Of a stretch of DNA of 64,000 nt, positions 29,477 through 38,797 are shown piece after piece. Position numbers and translations under genes: made by a program. This stretch comes from a virus. Taxonomy: Duplodnaviria; Caudoviricetes. The notes beneath the pieces are model-generated. The model worked only from the letters and a program-made list of their open reading frames with translations. It was not told where the DNA came from and did not search any database. The DNA lies in IMG/VR virus record IMGVR_UViG_651703099_000001, positions 1 through 64,000 of that record; one strand, written 5' to 3'. Position 1 is the stretch's first letter, and every line of letters begins with the position of its first letter.

Positions 29477-30208
29477 ATGTCCGAAGAGAACCAAGCCACC
29501 GAGATGGCGGCAGAAGCTCCTCAATCCACCGCAGGCGCTCCGGCTGCCGATGAGATGATGCCTCGCTCTGAGGCTGAAAATCTCCTGAAGGCGCTTAAGG
29601 CAGAGCGCGAAGCCCGCAAACAGTACGAACGGGAACTCAAGGAGCAAAAGGCTCATCTTGAGAAGTTCGCGGAGATCAATCCCGACGAGTACACGAAGCT
29701 TCAGCAGGAAGCCGCGGAGGCTGCTCGACTGCAGGCACAATGGGGCGAAGCTCGTGATGCTATCGAGCAAAAGTATAGCGTGCAGGCAGAGGCTGCTCTA
29801 AAGGAGGCCCAGTCCGCCAAGGAGTCTCTGGCTGCCTACAAGAAGCGCTATGCTCTCGAGAAGGTCTTCAACGCTGCTGGTGGTCGCATTGACTCCGTAG
29901 ATGGTATCTCCTTCTTCGACTTGATGGCCGACCAAGTTGGCAATCGTTTCCGTCAGGAAGCCGATGGCTCTTTGACTGTAATCGATTCGCAAGGCGATCC
30001 GATCCTTGACAAAGAGAGCGGAAAACGCATCAGCCCGGAGGAGTACATGGCCTCGTTCAAGCTTCACCCCGTTTACGGCACCTTCTTTAAGGGGGCCAAG
30101 GGTTCTGGTGCTGGCATTGGCTACGGTGGCACTGATGCCAACGGTATGGTCATCGAGGACCTGAGTGGGCTCTCTGCTGAAGAGATGTTCCAGCGTGCCT
30201 TTTCTTAG
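29477..30208 (+). CDS. Capsid scaffolding protein
   Basis: Acidic coiled coil (LKALKAERE..K), FKG..GSGAG C-terminus, upstream of MCP. Confidence 0.8.
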   Translation: MSEENQATEMAAEAPQSTAGAPAADEMMPRSEAENLLKALKAEREARKQYERELKEQKAHLEKFAEINPDEYTKLQQEAAEAARLQAQWGEARDAIEQKYSVQAEAALKEAQSAKESLAAYKKRYALEKVFNAAGGRIDSVDGISFFDLMADQVGNRFRQEADGSLTVIDSQGDPILDKESGKRISPEEYMASFKLHPVYGTFFKGAKGSGAGIGYGGTDANGMVIEDLSGLSAEEMFQRAFS

Positions 30209-30250
30209 GCTGGTATGACTGGTATACTGTAAGCAGTTACCCTGCTTGCG

Positions 30251-30769
30251 ATGAAACAGTCTCACCACCCCTTGTACCGCAGGTGGCGCAACATGATTGA
30301 AAGGTGCTACCTGCCCTGTCATAACTCCTACCACAATTACGGTGGTAGGGGTATTTTTGTATGTGAGCGCTGGAGAGAGTCCAAGGGACGGGGAAGTCGT
30401 CAATGGGCGCCAGGCTTCCTTGCATTCCTTGAAGACATGGAGCCGACTTTCAAAAAGGGCCTACAGATAGAGCGCATCGATAACGATGGCCCCTACTCGC
30501 CCGAAAACTGTCGCTGGGCTACAGTCGAGGAGCAGCAGGCCAACAAGCGTCCCAAGCGCAAGTCGGGCACCTACAAGCCCTGTAAACTCAAAAAAGAACG
30601 AGATCTTCCTCGTTGGGTTTACAGGAACAGAACTGGCGAGAAGTACTACGCAAAGGTCAAGCATGCAGACAAGTGGTACAGGACCCAATCTTACATCAAC
30701 CCAGAAGACGCACACATTATGGCTTTAGCTCTTCGTCTAGAGCTTCGGGGTCGCGATATCTTTTCCTGA
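30251..30769 (+). CDS. HNH homing endonuclease (AP2-like C-terminus)
   Basis: WRNMIERC...YGGRGI.VCERW...[19 protein letters not shown]. Confidence 0.9.
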   Translation: MKQSHHPLYRRWRNMIERCYLPCHNSYHNYGGRGIFVCERWRESKGRGSRQWAPGFLAFLEDMEPTFKKGLQIERIDNDGPYSPENCRWATVEEQQANKRPKRKSGTYKPCKLKKERDLPRWVYRNRTGEKYYAKVKHADKWYRTQSYINPEDAHIMALALRLELRGRDIFS

Positions 30770-30800
30770 TGAACTTCTAACTTACTTCAAATTAGAAGGT

Positions 30801-30822
30801 GGGCCCGCGAGGGCCCTTTTTT
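30801..30822 (+). terminator. Intrinsic terminator
   Basis: GGGCCC-GCGA-GGGCCC followed by a T run. Confidence 0.8.
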
Positions 30823-30963
30823 GTGAATAGGTATTATAGGTATAGATCACCCAGAAGGGAAGTTCCGAGATGGAATGGACTGGAGGGTGTCATGCCGACG
30901 CTTGCGCGAGGCTTGCGTAGGCAATTCACCCAATCTTTGTTCATCCATCCTTAGGTAATTATC

Positions 30964-31866
30964 ATGGCATTGACACTGCTCGAAGCCCAGAAGCATGCTC
31001 GCACTCCCCAGGAACTGGCGGTTGTGACCGAGCTGGCTGCTGGCCCCCTGCTCCAGACCCTGCCTTTCCGTAACATCGAAGGCAACGGCCTTTTCTGGAA
31101 GCGTGAAGAAGCTCTGCCCGACGTGGGTTTCCGTAACTACAACGGCGCCCTGGCTGAGAGCTATGCTGAAGTGAGCCAGCAGTCTGAAAGTCTCAAGCTC
31201 TTCGGTGGCGACATCAAGGTTGATCGCGCTATCGTGGACCTCGAGGGTGCTCAGGCCAAGGCTTACCAGATCCAGAGCCGCGTTCGCGCAATGCGTCTGG
31301 CTTGGGAAGCTCTGTTCATCAAGGGCGATTCCAACCAGTCCCCCTCCGAGTTCGACGGTCTGGCCGCTCGCATTAAGTCTGGCTCCAGCCAGTACTTCCA
31401 GAACGGCACCGCAGGCAACCAGGCACTGAACCTGGGCACCCTTGACGAAGCCATCGATGCTGTGGACGCCCAGGGCGGCCAAAAGTATCTGGTGATGTCG
31501 AAGTCCGCTCGTCGTGCCCTGAGCCGTCAAGCTCGTACCAACACTCAGATCGACATCGTTCGTAACGAGTTTGGCTACCAGCAGATGATTTATGCCGGCC
31601 TGCCCGTGCTCGAGCTGGATCGCGACCACAAGAACGTCGCTATCCTCGACGCTACCCCCACCAGCCAGGACCTGTATGTGGTGTCCTTCGGTAACGACCA
31701 CCTGACCGGCATCCAGAACGGCGGCGTGTCCGTTCGTGAGCTGGGTGAAAGCCACAGCCAGCCTCAGCTCATCACTCGCGTTGAGTGGTACTGCGGCCTG
31801 GCTCTGATCAACGGCCGTGCAGCAGCTCGGGTTGCTGACTTCAACTCCAACCTCGACCCTTCCTGA
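30964..31866 (+). CDS. Major capsid protein (HK97 fold)
   Basis: ALTLLEA..., LP..GFR..N, GGDIKVD, GD...P.EFDGL, RVEWYCGL; strong codon bias. Confidence 0.9.
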   Translation: MALTLLEAQKHARTPQELAVVTELAAGPLLQTLPFRNIEGNGLFWKREEALPDVGFRNYNGALAESYAEVSQQSESLKLFGGDIKVDRAIVDLEGAQAKAYQIQSRVRAMRLAWEALFIKGDSNQSPSEFDGLAARIKSGSSQYFQNGTAGNQALNLGTLDEAIDAVDAQGGQKYLVMSKSARRALSRQARTNTQIDIVRNEFGYQQMIYAGLPVLELDRDHKNVAILDATPTSQDLYVVSFGNDHLTGIQNGGVSVRELGESHSQPQLITRVEWYCGLALINGRAAARVADFNSNLDPS

Positions 31867-31886
31867 TCTAGTCTCCTAGATATCCT

Positions 31887-31909
31887 GGGGCCCTTCGGGG
31901 CCCTTTTTT
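31887..31909 (+). terminator. Intrinsic terminator after MCP
   Basis: GGGGCCC-TTCG-GGGCCC followed by a T run. Confidence 0.85.
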
Positions 31910-31954
31910 CATGGCACAACCTTATTGGCACAATACTTTATCCGCGAGCACCAA

Positions 31955-32269
31955 ATGCTAAGTCCTGCCATCAGGCAAAGGATCGAGTTTATCTGCAGCA
32001 GAATCAGGAACGGGGCTGATGTACCCTATGCAGATATGGTTTGGATTCAGAAATGGGCTGACCACAATCCAAGTGTTGCCACGTGGCTGAGACAGGCTCG
32101 GCGTTCAGCATTTCAGCAGGAGGCTGCCCCAGAGGGGATGGATTCATTTTGCCAGGCCATGGACATAGGAGAGCCGGATCCGTCTGACCACCTAATTGGA
32201 CCACAGGATCCTGTAGAATTGGCGGAGTGGTTTCAGAACAAACAGAAATGGTTCAGGGGTCAGCAATGA
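31955..32269 (+). CDS. Cyanophage-type hypothetical protein
   Basis: MLS..R.R.EFIC..I.NG..V...DM.W pattern recalled from cyanophages. Confidence 0.65.
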   Translation: MLSPAIRQRIEFICSRIRNGADVPYADMVWIQKWADHNPSVATWLRQARRSAFQQEAAPEGMDSFCQAMDIGEPDPSDHLIGPQDPVELAEWFQNKQKWFRGQQ

Positions 32270-32302
32270 TGGAAACCTATAGCTTTCTTATTGCTTAAGA
32301 TT

Positions 32303-32437
32303 ATGAATGAAGACAAAGCGCTCAAGCAGCAACTTCGTATTGTTGAGCTTGTTAATGGTCGGGCTGCTATGCTTGGCGTCATTGCCGCCATCGGAGCTTA
32401 CCTTGTTACCGGGCAGATTGTTCCCGGAATCTTTTAG
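32303..32437 (+). CDS. hli: High-light-inducible protein (44 aa, absent from the ORF track)
   Basis: MNEDKALKQQLRIVELVNGRAAMLGVIAAIGAYLVTGQIVPGIF: ExxNGRxAMxG and TGQIxPGIF. Confidence 0.95.
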   Translation: MNEDKALKQQLRIVELVNGRAAMLGVIAAIGAYLVTGQIVPGIF

Positions 32438-32549
32438 AGAGATTTTCTGGTGAGGCCCCGTCCGTTGATTCGGCATAATAAGGTAGCTAGCCGCGCCACT
32501 ACTCTGCGGGGCGGGCTACCTCTCAACCTTAACATCTGGAGTTTTTTCA

Positions 32550-32918
32550 ATGGCTGCACGTTCTTCTGGTCTTTTCCCTCGCGAAGGCTTTAACCTCGAC
32601 GACGGCTGCAAGATCACCGCTACCGCTACCGGTACCGATGCTCCCATCACCCTGACCTCCGCTAAGACCATTCGCGTGGTCGTGATCGGCGCCAGCGGCA
32701 TCGACGACGCTGGTACCAACAAGATCACCGTGACCCTCGGCGGTCAGGCCGTGGTGTTCAACGCTGCTGACCTCGATGGCAACGGCGTGGGCATCGCTCA
32801 TGTCCGTGGCGCTCTGTGTGACGCAGACGACAACGATGCGTTCTACACCCTGGGTGGCACTGCTGCTATCGCTGGTGGCGTTTACCTGGAGCTGGTTGAC
32901 GGCCCCGGCCGCGGCTGA
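32550..32918 (+). CDS. Putative capsid cement/decoration protein
   Basis: 122 aa beta-rich, strong codon bias, long leader and terminator like MCP. Confidence 0.6.
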   Translation: MAARSSGLFPREGFNLDDGCKITATATGTDAPITLTSAKTIRVVVIGASGIDDAGTNKITVTLGGQAVVFNAADLDGNGVGIAHVRGALCDADDNDAFYTLGGTAAIAGGVYLELVDGPGRG

Positions 32919-32950
32919 TCTAGCTCTCTGACAACTGAATAGGAAAGCTA

Positions 32951-32975
32951 AGGGGTCATTACGGCCCCTTTTTTT
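32951..32975 (+). terminator. Intrinsic terminator
   Basis: AGGGGTC-ATTAC-GGCCCCT followed by a T run. Confidence 0.7.
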
Positions 32976-33323
32976 ATGGCGCACCTCAAGAAGATGCCGA
33001 CCTACTTCGTCAAGGGCGAGGAGCGTCGTGCTGCATATTACACCGTCGATGCCCGCGAGTTGATCGAAGCAGGCTTCGTAGAAGAAGGCGCAGAGCCTGG
33101 TAAGAAGATCGAGGCTCACGAGCCCAAGCCTGTTCCCGAGACTCTGGTAGAGGCTGGTATTGATGCTTTCGATACTGAGGCCGTCAAGGATGAGGGCAGT
33201 GAGACCGACCTTGAGGAAATGACCAAGGCTGAGCTTCTGGAATTTGCCATGGAGCGCGGTCTGGATCTGCCAAACAATGAGCGCAAGGCTGACATTCTTG
33301 CCGAGTGCCGCAAACTTGTTTGA
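32976..33323 (+). CDS. Acidic protein with C-terminal Rho-N/HeH-like motif
   Basis: LEEMTKAELLEFA..RGL......KADIL. Confidence 0.7.
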   Translation: MAHLKKMPTYFVKGEERRAAYYTVDARELIEAGFVEEGAEPGKKIEAHEPKPVPETLVEAGIDAFDTEAVKDEGSETDLEEMTKAELLEFAMERGLDLPNNERKADILAECRKLV

Positions 33324-33354
33324 GACTGACTAGGCTTTTAGGATAAGCTTAAGG

Positions 33355-33379
33355 AACCCTAGCTTGCTAGGGTTTTTTT
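33355..33379 (+). terminator. Intrinsic terminator overlapping a late-promoter motif
   Basis: AACCCTAG-CTTG-CTAGGGTT followed by a T run. Confidence 0.7.
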
Positions 33380-33382
33380 GTT

Positions 33383-33556
33383 ATGGATGTAACATACACT
33401 ACTGGTCCTCGATACATCAATGGTGTCAACATCGATGCAGACGTGCTGGCCTCTGTTGCAGAAGAGCATGAAGTGAGCATTTCTGATCCAGTGACTGGGT
33501 TGAAGGGGCTTGGCTACGAACCAGGTCAAAAGAATTTAGACGGCGGTGATTTGTGA
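33383..33556 (+). CDS. Small protein, 57 aa, ending NLDGGDL (absent from the track)
   Basis: Hand-translated; promoter motif 30 nt upstream. Confidence 0.65.
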   Translation: MDVTYTTGPRYINGVNIDADVLASVAEEHEVSISDPVTGLKGLGYEPGQKNLDGGDL

Positions 33557-33606
33557 CGTAAATTTGAGAAAAATTGCGGTACCCTAGTTGGTACGGATCA
33601 CCGATT

Positions 33607-33918
33607 ATGATTCCTGAATTCGTAATCGGCTTGGTTGGTACGGTTGTACTTGGCTGGGGTACTTTTACGTGGCAGCGTTCGGAACGCGCAATTGAACTTG
33701 CCAAGGCTGCGCAAGATTCTACGGGGAAACTTGAATTGAAACTTGCAGAACAGTATCTTACTAAAGGCGAGTTTGAAGCGCAGATGGAACGCTTGTTCAG
33801 CACGCTAAATCGCTTTGAAGAGAAGCTTGATAACTATGCGTTCAGCCAAGCCCAGACGATCAGTAATTTACAAGGCAAAGTTCAAGCCTTAGACGGGAGG
33901 AAGGATTTCAATGGCTAA
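33607..33918 (+). CDS. TM plus coiled-coil protein (holin/lysis-accessory-like)
   Basis: N-terminal TM; promoter motif 29 nt upstream of ATG 33607. Confidence 0.6.
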   Translation: MIPEFVIGLVGTVVLGWGTFTWQRSERAIELAKAAQDSTGKLELKLAEQYLTKGEFEAQMERLFSTLNRFEEKLDNYAFSQAQTISNLQGKVQALDGRKDFNG

Positions 33919-34225
33919 GAAGCGTTCTACTGCTAACTTCTACAAAAGCAATCCAGAAGCCTATGCTAAGAAGCTTGCTTATGACAAGAAGCGTAACTCG
34001 AAGCCTAGCCGCAAGAAGTACCGTGCTGAACTTGCTCGTGAACGCCGGGCTCGTGGAATCATGGGCAAGGGCGGTCCTGACGTAAGCCATCAAGCCGGCG
34101 GCGGATTTAAGCTTGAGAATGCCAAGAAGAACCGTGCCCGCAACGGGGCTGGTGGCAAGGCCAGGCTTGGCAATGGGACAGGTACCCGGAAGTCGTCGAC
34201 AAAGTACACGCCGCGCAAGAAGTAA
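33911..34225 (+). CDS. Highly basic protein
   Basis: K/R-rich; DVSH...NRARN (degenerate HNH-like). Confidence 0.7.
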   Translation: MAKKRSTANFYKSNPEAYAKKLAYDKKRNSKPSRKKYRAELARERRARGIMGKGGPDVSHQAGGGFKLENAKKNRARNGAGGKARLGNGTGTRKSSTKYTPRKK

Positions 34226-34335
34226 TGCCTTTTAAGTCACCCGAACAGCGCAAGTACTTGTACGCCGCTAAGCCAGCAGTGGCGAAGAAGTTTGCCGCTC
34301 ACCAAAAAAGGAAACCTAAGAAAGGCAAAAAGTGA
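34225..34335 (+). CDS. Small basic protein (MPFKSPEQRKYLYAAKPAVAKKF...)
   Basis: Hand-translated; TAATG coupling. Confidence 0.65.
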   Translation: MPFKSPEQRKYLYAAKPAVAKKFAAHQKRKPKKGKK

Positions 34336-34368
34336 TGCCGTTACCTCTTCTTACCGCACAGCAGGCCA

Positions 34369-34659
34369 ATGGCACCCAAAAAGGACGCAAGACTAACCAA
34401 AAACGGGCTAAGCGGATACAACAAGCCAAAGCGAACCCCAAGTCATCCAACAAAAAGTCACGTCGTTCTCGCTAAAGAAGGCAACAAGACCAAGCTGATC
34501 CGCTTCGGTGAGCAGGGCGCCAAGACTGCTGGCAAGCCCAAGGCTGACGAGTCTGATCGCATGAAGCAGAAGCGTGCAAGCTTTAAGGCCCGCCACGCCC
34601 GCAACATTGCCAAGGGCAAAATGAGCGCTGCCTGGTGGAGTAGCCGCGTGAAATGGTAG
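34369..34659 (+). CDS. Basic phage protein
   Basis: GYNKPKRTP.HP.KSHVVLAK...IRFG...SFKARH...AWW...KW. Confidence 0.8.
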   Translation: MAPKKDARLTKNGLSGYNKPKRTPSHPTKSHVVLAKEGNKTKLIRFGEQGAKTAGKPKADESDRMKQKRASFKARHARNIAKGKMSAAWWSSRVKW

Positions 34660-34704
34660 ACGGTGGTAAGTGGTATACTGGAGGGAGAGATCCCTCCTTT
34701 TTTC

Positions 34705-35154
34705 ATGGCCGCACATCACTCCTACTGGGACAAGCCGTGCCCCAGTTGCGGAATTGTCCGCACCATTCGGAAAGACAGACCCGTAACCCACTGCAGATCC
34801 TGTGCCAGCAAGGCCCGTGCTGCCCTCAGGAAAGAGCAGGGGCTATCGGTCGGTCTCGAGCCGAAATACGGCCTGGGTGTCAAGAAGGATCCCACCTACA
34901 AGGGCGCCTACAGCAGCTACACCAAGGCTAAGCAGCGGTGTAAGACCAACCACAAAGGTGCCTACGCCAACATCGAGTTCCGTTTCGAGTCGTTCGACCA
35001 GTGGTTTGCCGAGCTTGGCCCTCGCCCTGAAGGTATGACGGTCGACCGTATCGACAATAACGGCCACTACGAACCAGGCAATGTTCGCTGGGCCACCCAT
35101 GAGCAGCAGTGCGTCAACAGGGGCCCCAGGGGCAGGCATACTAAGACATGGTAG
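34705..35154 (+). CDS. HNH homing endonuclease with Zn-finger
   Basis: CPSC/CRSC; LGPRPEGMTVDRIDNNGHYEPGNVRWAT. Confidence 0.9.
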   Translation: MAAHHSYWDKPCPSCGIVRTIRKDRPVTHCRSCASKARAALRKEQGLSVGLEPKYGLGVKKDPTYKGAYSSYTKAKQRCKTNHKGAYANIEFRFESFDQWFAELGPRPEGMTVDRIDNNGHYEPGNVRWATHEQQCVNRGPRGRHTKTW

Positions 35155-35336
35155 CCCCCAAGCCCAGTAACCATACTGCCGTTCTCAGCCTGTTGGCAGT
35201 GCTGATGTGTTCACACCTGACATTCCTGGGTCTGAACGCAAAGAACAGTCCCGAGGGACCGCAGCTTTTCCAGCGTGCCTCCGAGACCTACGTTGCCATC
35301 CTGCTGGCTCTACTGACACCCCTCGCGCCTAAGTAG
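35148..35336 (+). CDS. Small two-TM protein
   Basis: Two hydrophobic stretches. Confidence 0.5.
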   Translation: MVAPKPSNHTAVLSLLAVLMCSHLTFLGLNAKNSPEGPQLFQRASETYVAILLALLTPLAPK

Positions 35337-35473
35337 TGGAACACCTGCGACCGATCCTTGACACGATGATCGGCCTGGCACTGATGGAGGTGATTGTTAA
35401 GCCTGTTGTCGTGCGCTACAGCAAGAAACTGCTTAAACTTGTCGACAACCACGTCAAGTGGATTCCTGACTGG

Positions 35474-35665
35474 CTATACAAAAGGCCAGGATAGCTCAAC
35501 ATCCCCTTGCCAGGCATCGTCTGACAGGGGGATTGCTTTTGCGTAAGTGCTAAACACCTCGAACATGGTCTCCGTGGTCAGGCCACACTGCTTGGCTGCA
35601 TTTGGTACGTTGCTTTTACCGCGGAACAGCAGGTCACAGGCTTGTCTCGTCGTCAGCTTTGTCAT
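35474..35665 (-). CDS. Small HTH-like protein
   Basis: NVPNAAKQCGLT. Confidence 0.55.
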   Translation of the reverse strand: MTKLTTRQACDLLFRGKSNVPNAAKQCGLTTETMFEVFSTYAKAIPLSDDAWQGDVELSWPFV

Positions 35666-35945
35666 ACCAGGGCGCTTTAATCTCTAGCATACCACCAAGC
35701 AGTTCCTGGGCCTTACTGCCGTCAGGTTCGTGCTCGATGATGATGGGCTTTGGTTCATCCTTGGCCCATTGTTCTTGAATCTCTTCGACCTGGCGATCCA
35801 CGTCCTGCATGGTCGCGCCAGTCCTGTATTCGACCCAGAAGTCGAACCAGTAGTCATGTACCTTCTGGAGCCACGGGTTTTGGCGATAGTACCCGTAACC
35901 CCATAAGATGCGAATGATCTCTACAGCGAGACCGCGCCAGTTCAC
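35634..35945 (-). CDS. Hypothetical protein
   Basis: ORF in a minus-strand mini-operon. Confidence 0.6.
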   Translation of the reverse strand: MNWRGLAVEIIRILWGYGYYRQNPWLQKVHDYWFDFWVEYRTGATMQDVDRQVEEIQEQWAKDEPKPIIIEHEPDGSKAQELLGGMLEIKAPWYDKADDETSL

Positions 35946-36085
35946 TAGGGCTTCTCGGGGCGAGGGAATGCCTTCATTAGGGCGTTCAGGATGGCTTCCA
36001 CGACACCGTTACCTTTCAGCGGTGTGTATGGGATTATTTCTGAGGAGATGAACAGGATCAGACCTGCGAGAGCGGCGAATTCCAT
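35945..36085 (-). CDS. Small holin-like membrane protein (MEFAALAGLILFISSEIIPYTPLKGNGVVEAIL...)
   Basis: Hand-translated; minus-strand GGCAAACTAT 30 nt upstream. Confidence 0.6.
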   Translation of the reverse strand: MEFAALAGLILFISSEIIPYTPLKGNGVVEAILNALMKAFPRPEKP

Positions 36086-36108
36086 GAGGCGAGCTATATT
36101 CGGCCATA

Positions 36109-36173
36109 GTTTGCCAATCGGCATCCTAGACCTGACGGCCCTGGTTTGCCAATCGGCATCCTAGACCTGACGG
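36109..36173 (+). repeat. 30-bp direct duplication containing the divergent late-promoter motifs
   Basis: GTTTGCCAATCGGCATCCTAGACCTGACGG at 36109 and 36144. Confidence 0.9.
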
Positions 36174-36177
36174 GTTA

Positions 36178-37566
36178 GTGGCCGCAATGATTCTTAGCTC
36201 TGCCGATATCCTGCGCGTTCTCGGCGGCAGCGAGATCATCCGCCTGTCAGCCAAACTCAAAATTGTTGATGCCAAGCCTGCGCTAAGTGGCGCGGAGGGG
36301 CTGTTCATATATATTGGCAAGTTTCCCGAGCTTGAAGAGTTTGAGGCGACCTGGACGATCTGGATTGAGAGCGATGGCAGTGAGCCAGACGACTTGGTGA
36401 TTGCCGAGATCAAGAAGCTCCTGCCCAGGGTGGAGGTGCGCTCCGGCCTGATGGCAGAGGTGACCACAACCGAGTTTCGCACAGAGGGCACTCAGGGCCC
36501 GCCAGAGGCGCCTCAGATTCAAAAAGTAGAAGTAGACCTGACTCAGTACGAAGAGCGCTTCCAGGCCCTCGTAGAGGACGTACAGGATCGAATGCTGCTC
36601 GTTAGCAGCGGAAGGGCTGGGAAGGACGGTCAGGACGGTCGCGATGGTGCCGACGGGCGAGATGGTCGCGACGGACGCGATCTGGTAGCTACCGAAGCCA
36701 ACCTAGAAGATCTGCAGAACGTAGAGGAGGGAATCTTCAAAAAAAAGGGCCAGGTGCTCACTTGGGACGGCTCCAGGTGGACCAACCTGTTCATCCCCCA
36801 GGTCTATTCCGCTGGCGGCGACAATGGCGGCATCGCGAGCGGAAACGATGCCGTTAGCGCAACGGTTCAGTGGAGGTTTCACGAAGAGGGTATCGGCGCC
36901 GAGCCGCACTCGGGTGACTTCCACACCGATTCTCTGGACGGTGAACTTGTAACAAAGATCCACGTCAGCAAGGAGACTAATAGGGGCAACGACATCAGCC
37001 TACTGATTAACGACCTGCTCAGCCAAGGCTACGACCGCCTGTATGTGGCGCAATCGGCCGATCTGTCGCAGGCGCACTTGTATCAGATCACCGGCTATCT
37101 GCCCACGGCCGCTGGTACGGAGCTGACCGTCCTGCACATCCAAACTGCTGGCACAGAGCCAGACTATGTGCCGAACGCGAACTACGAGTTCTATATTAGC
37201 AAGTCGTCCTCGGGTAATGGCATCCCAGAGGCCCCTGTTAATGGCCAGACCTATGTGCGTCAGGATAGCGCTTGGGTGCCAAGAACTATCATCCCAGAGG
37301 CCCCTGTTGATGGCCAGACCTATGTGCGTCAGGATAGTACCTGGGTGCCAAAAACTATCATCCCAGAGGCCCCTGTTGACGGCCAGGCTTATGTGCGCCA
37401 GAATAGCACCTGGGTGCCAACAACTACAGTTCCTGTCGACATCTCCAATAACGCCCTTGGAGAACTGAGCGACGTCAACGTGCCTACTCCGGACGCTGGC
37501 GAGGCCCTGATTTTCAATGGCACCGAGTGGGCTGCTGGTGGCGATTTCAGCGGCGGCAGCTTCTAG
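36178..37566 (+). CDS. Fibre-like virion protein with short collagen-like and IPEAPVDG repeats
   Basis: GxD repeats, three 23-aa repeats, ends GGDFSGGSF. Confidence 0.75.
   Translation: MAAMILSSADILRVLGGSEIIRLSAKLKIVDAKPALSGAEGLFIYIGKFPELEEFEATWTIWIESDGSEPDDLVIAEIKKLLPRVEVRSGLMAEVTTTEFRTEGTQGPPEAPQIQKVEVDLTQYEERFQALVEDVQDRMLLVSSGRAGKDGQDGRDGADGRDGRDGRDLVATEANLEDLQNVEEGIFKKKGQVLTWDGSRWTNLFIPQVYSAGGDNGGIASGNDAVSATVQWRFHEEGIGAEPHSGDFHTDSLDGELVTKIHVSKETNRGNDISLLINDLLSQGYDRLYVAQSADLSQAHLYQITGYLPTAAGTELTVLHIQTAGTEPDYVPNANYEFYISKSSSGNGIPEAPVNGQTYVRQDSAWVPRTIIPEAPVDGQTYVRQDSTWVPKTIIPEAPVDGQAYVRQNSTWVPTTTVPVDISNNALGELSDVNVPTPDAGEALIFNGTEWAAGGDFSGGSF
37222..37426 (+). repeat. Three 69-bp tandem repeats (IPEAPVDGQTYVRQDSTWVP)
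   Basis: Units start at 37222, 37291, 37360. Confidence 0.9.
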
Positions 37567-37606
37567 GGCTTTAGGCATACTATGAAAGATCATTCCCTGA
37601 GTTGCT

Positions 37607-38731
37607 ATGTCCAACGCTATTCGCATTAAAAAAAGAGCGGCTGGCGGCGCTGCCGGAGCTCCATCAGCACTTCGCAGTTCTGAGCTAGCTTTTAACGAGC
37701 AGGATCTAACGCTTTATTACGGCTCTGGCGACGACGGCAGCGCCAATGCCACGTCAATCATTGCAATCGCAGGCGCGGGGGCGTATGTCTCCCTGGGCAC
37801 TACTCAGACCGTCTCTGGCGACAAGACATTTACAGGCTCGGTTGACCTGACAGGCGCAACCGCCACCGCTGCAACTCAGGCCACTGGCACCAACAACACA
37901 ACGATCGCCACAACGGCCTTCGTTGCTGACGCTATCTCCGGGGTCTATGTTGACCCCCTGACCACCGACGGTGACATCGTTGTCCGATCGGGTGGAAGCA
38001 CGACTCGACTGGGTATTGGATCCGCTGGCCAGGTCCTGACCGTTGTTGGTGGCATTCCCGCATGGCAGGACACGGCAAATGCAGGGACCCTCAACATCGC
38101 AGCCGACGGCGCATTCTCTGGCTCTGTCGACCTTGATACCCAGACGCTGTCGATCGTCGGCGGGACTGGCCTGACTACATCTGGCTCAGGGCAAACGATC
38201 ACCGTCGACCTAGACGACACCGCCGTTACTCCAAACTCCTACGGAGCGGCTGGCAGTGTTGCAACATTTACTGTTGACCAGCAAGGCCGTCTGACAGCGG
38301 CGGGAACCACCGCAATCTCTATCACCAGCTCACAAGTTAGTGACCTGGGCACGACCCTCGGGGACTACGTCAGTAAGACCGCCACTGGCACCGAGTCAAT
38401 GGTCGGCTCCCTGACCATCGGCGGGAACCTGACCGTCAACGGCACTACAACCACCATCAACACTCAGGAAGTGTTGGTCGAGGACAAGAACATTGTCCTT
38501 GGCAACGTCACCACGCCGACAGACGTCACGGCAGACGGTGGTGGTATCACGCTTCTCGGCGCTACCAACAAGACCATTAACTGGGTTGATGCTACCGATG
38601 CCTGGACCCTTTCGGAGCATGTCAACATAGCGGCCACCAAAGAATACCGCATGAACGGTACAGCGGTTCTTGCCTACAACGGCGCAACTCGGGTCTTGGA
38701 TAACGTAGAGATCGACGGCGGGACCTTCTGA
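37607..38731 (+). CDS. Fibre protein
   Basis: ELAFNE..LY N-module, TTIATTAFV, GNLTVNGTTTTIN...VEDKNI, ends IDGGTF. Confidence 0.85.
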   Translation: MSNAIRIKKRAAGGAAGAPSALRSSELAFNEQDLTLYYGSGDDGSANATSIIAIAGAGAYVSLGTTQTVSGDKTFTGSVDLTGATATAATQATGTNNTTIATTAFVADAISGVYVDPLTTDGDIVVRSGGSTTRLGIGSAGQVLTVVGGIPAWQDTANAGTLNIAADGAFSGSVDLDTQTLSIVGGTGLTTSGSGQTITVDLDDTAVTPNSYGAAGSVATFTVDQQGRLTAAGTTAISITSSQVSDLGTTLGDYVSKTATGTESMVGSLTIGGNLTVNGTTTTINTQEVLVEDKNIVLGNVTTPTDVTADGGGITLLGATNKTINWVDATDAWTLSEHVNIAATKEYRMNGTAVLAYNGATRVLDNVEIDGGTF

Positions 38732-38797
38732 TTTTCGCTAAAACGGAATACTACAGGGACCGTATATACGGACCTTTTTCATTGCTAGATAGCAGCC

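Noticed and set aside
30847-31755. 302-aa antisense ORF
   Set aside because: Shadow of the codon-biased capsid gene; the same applies to most minus-strand ORFs over GC-rich genes
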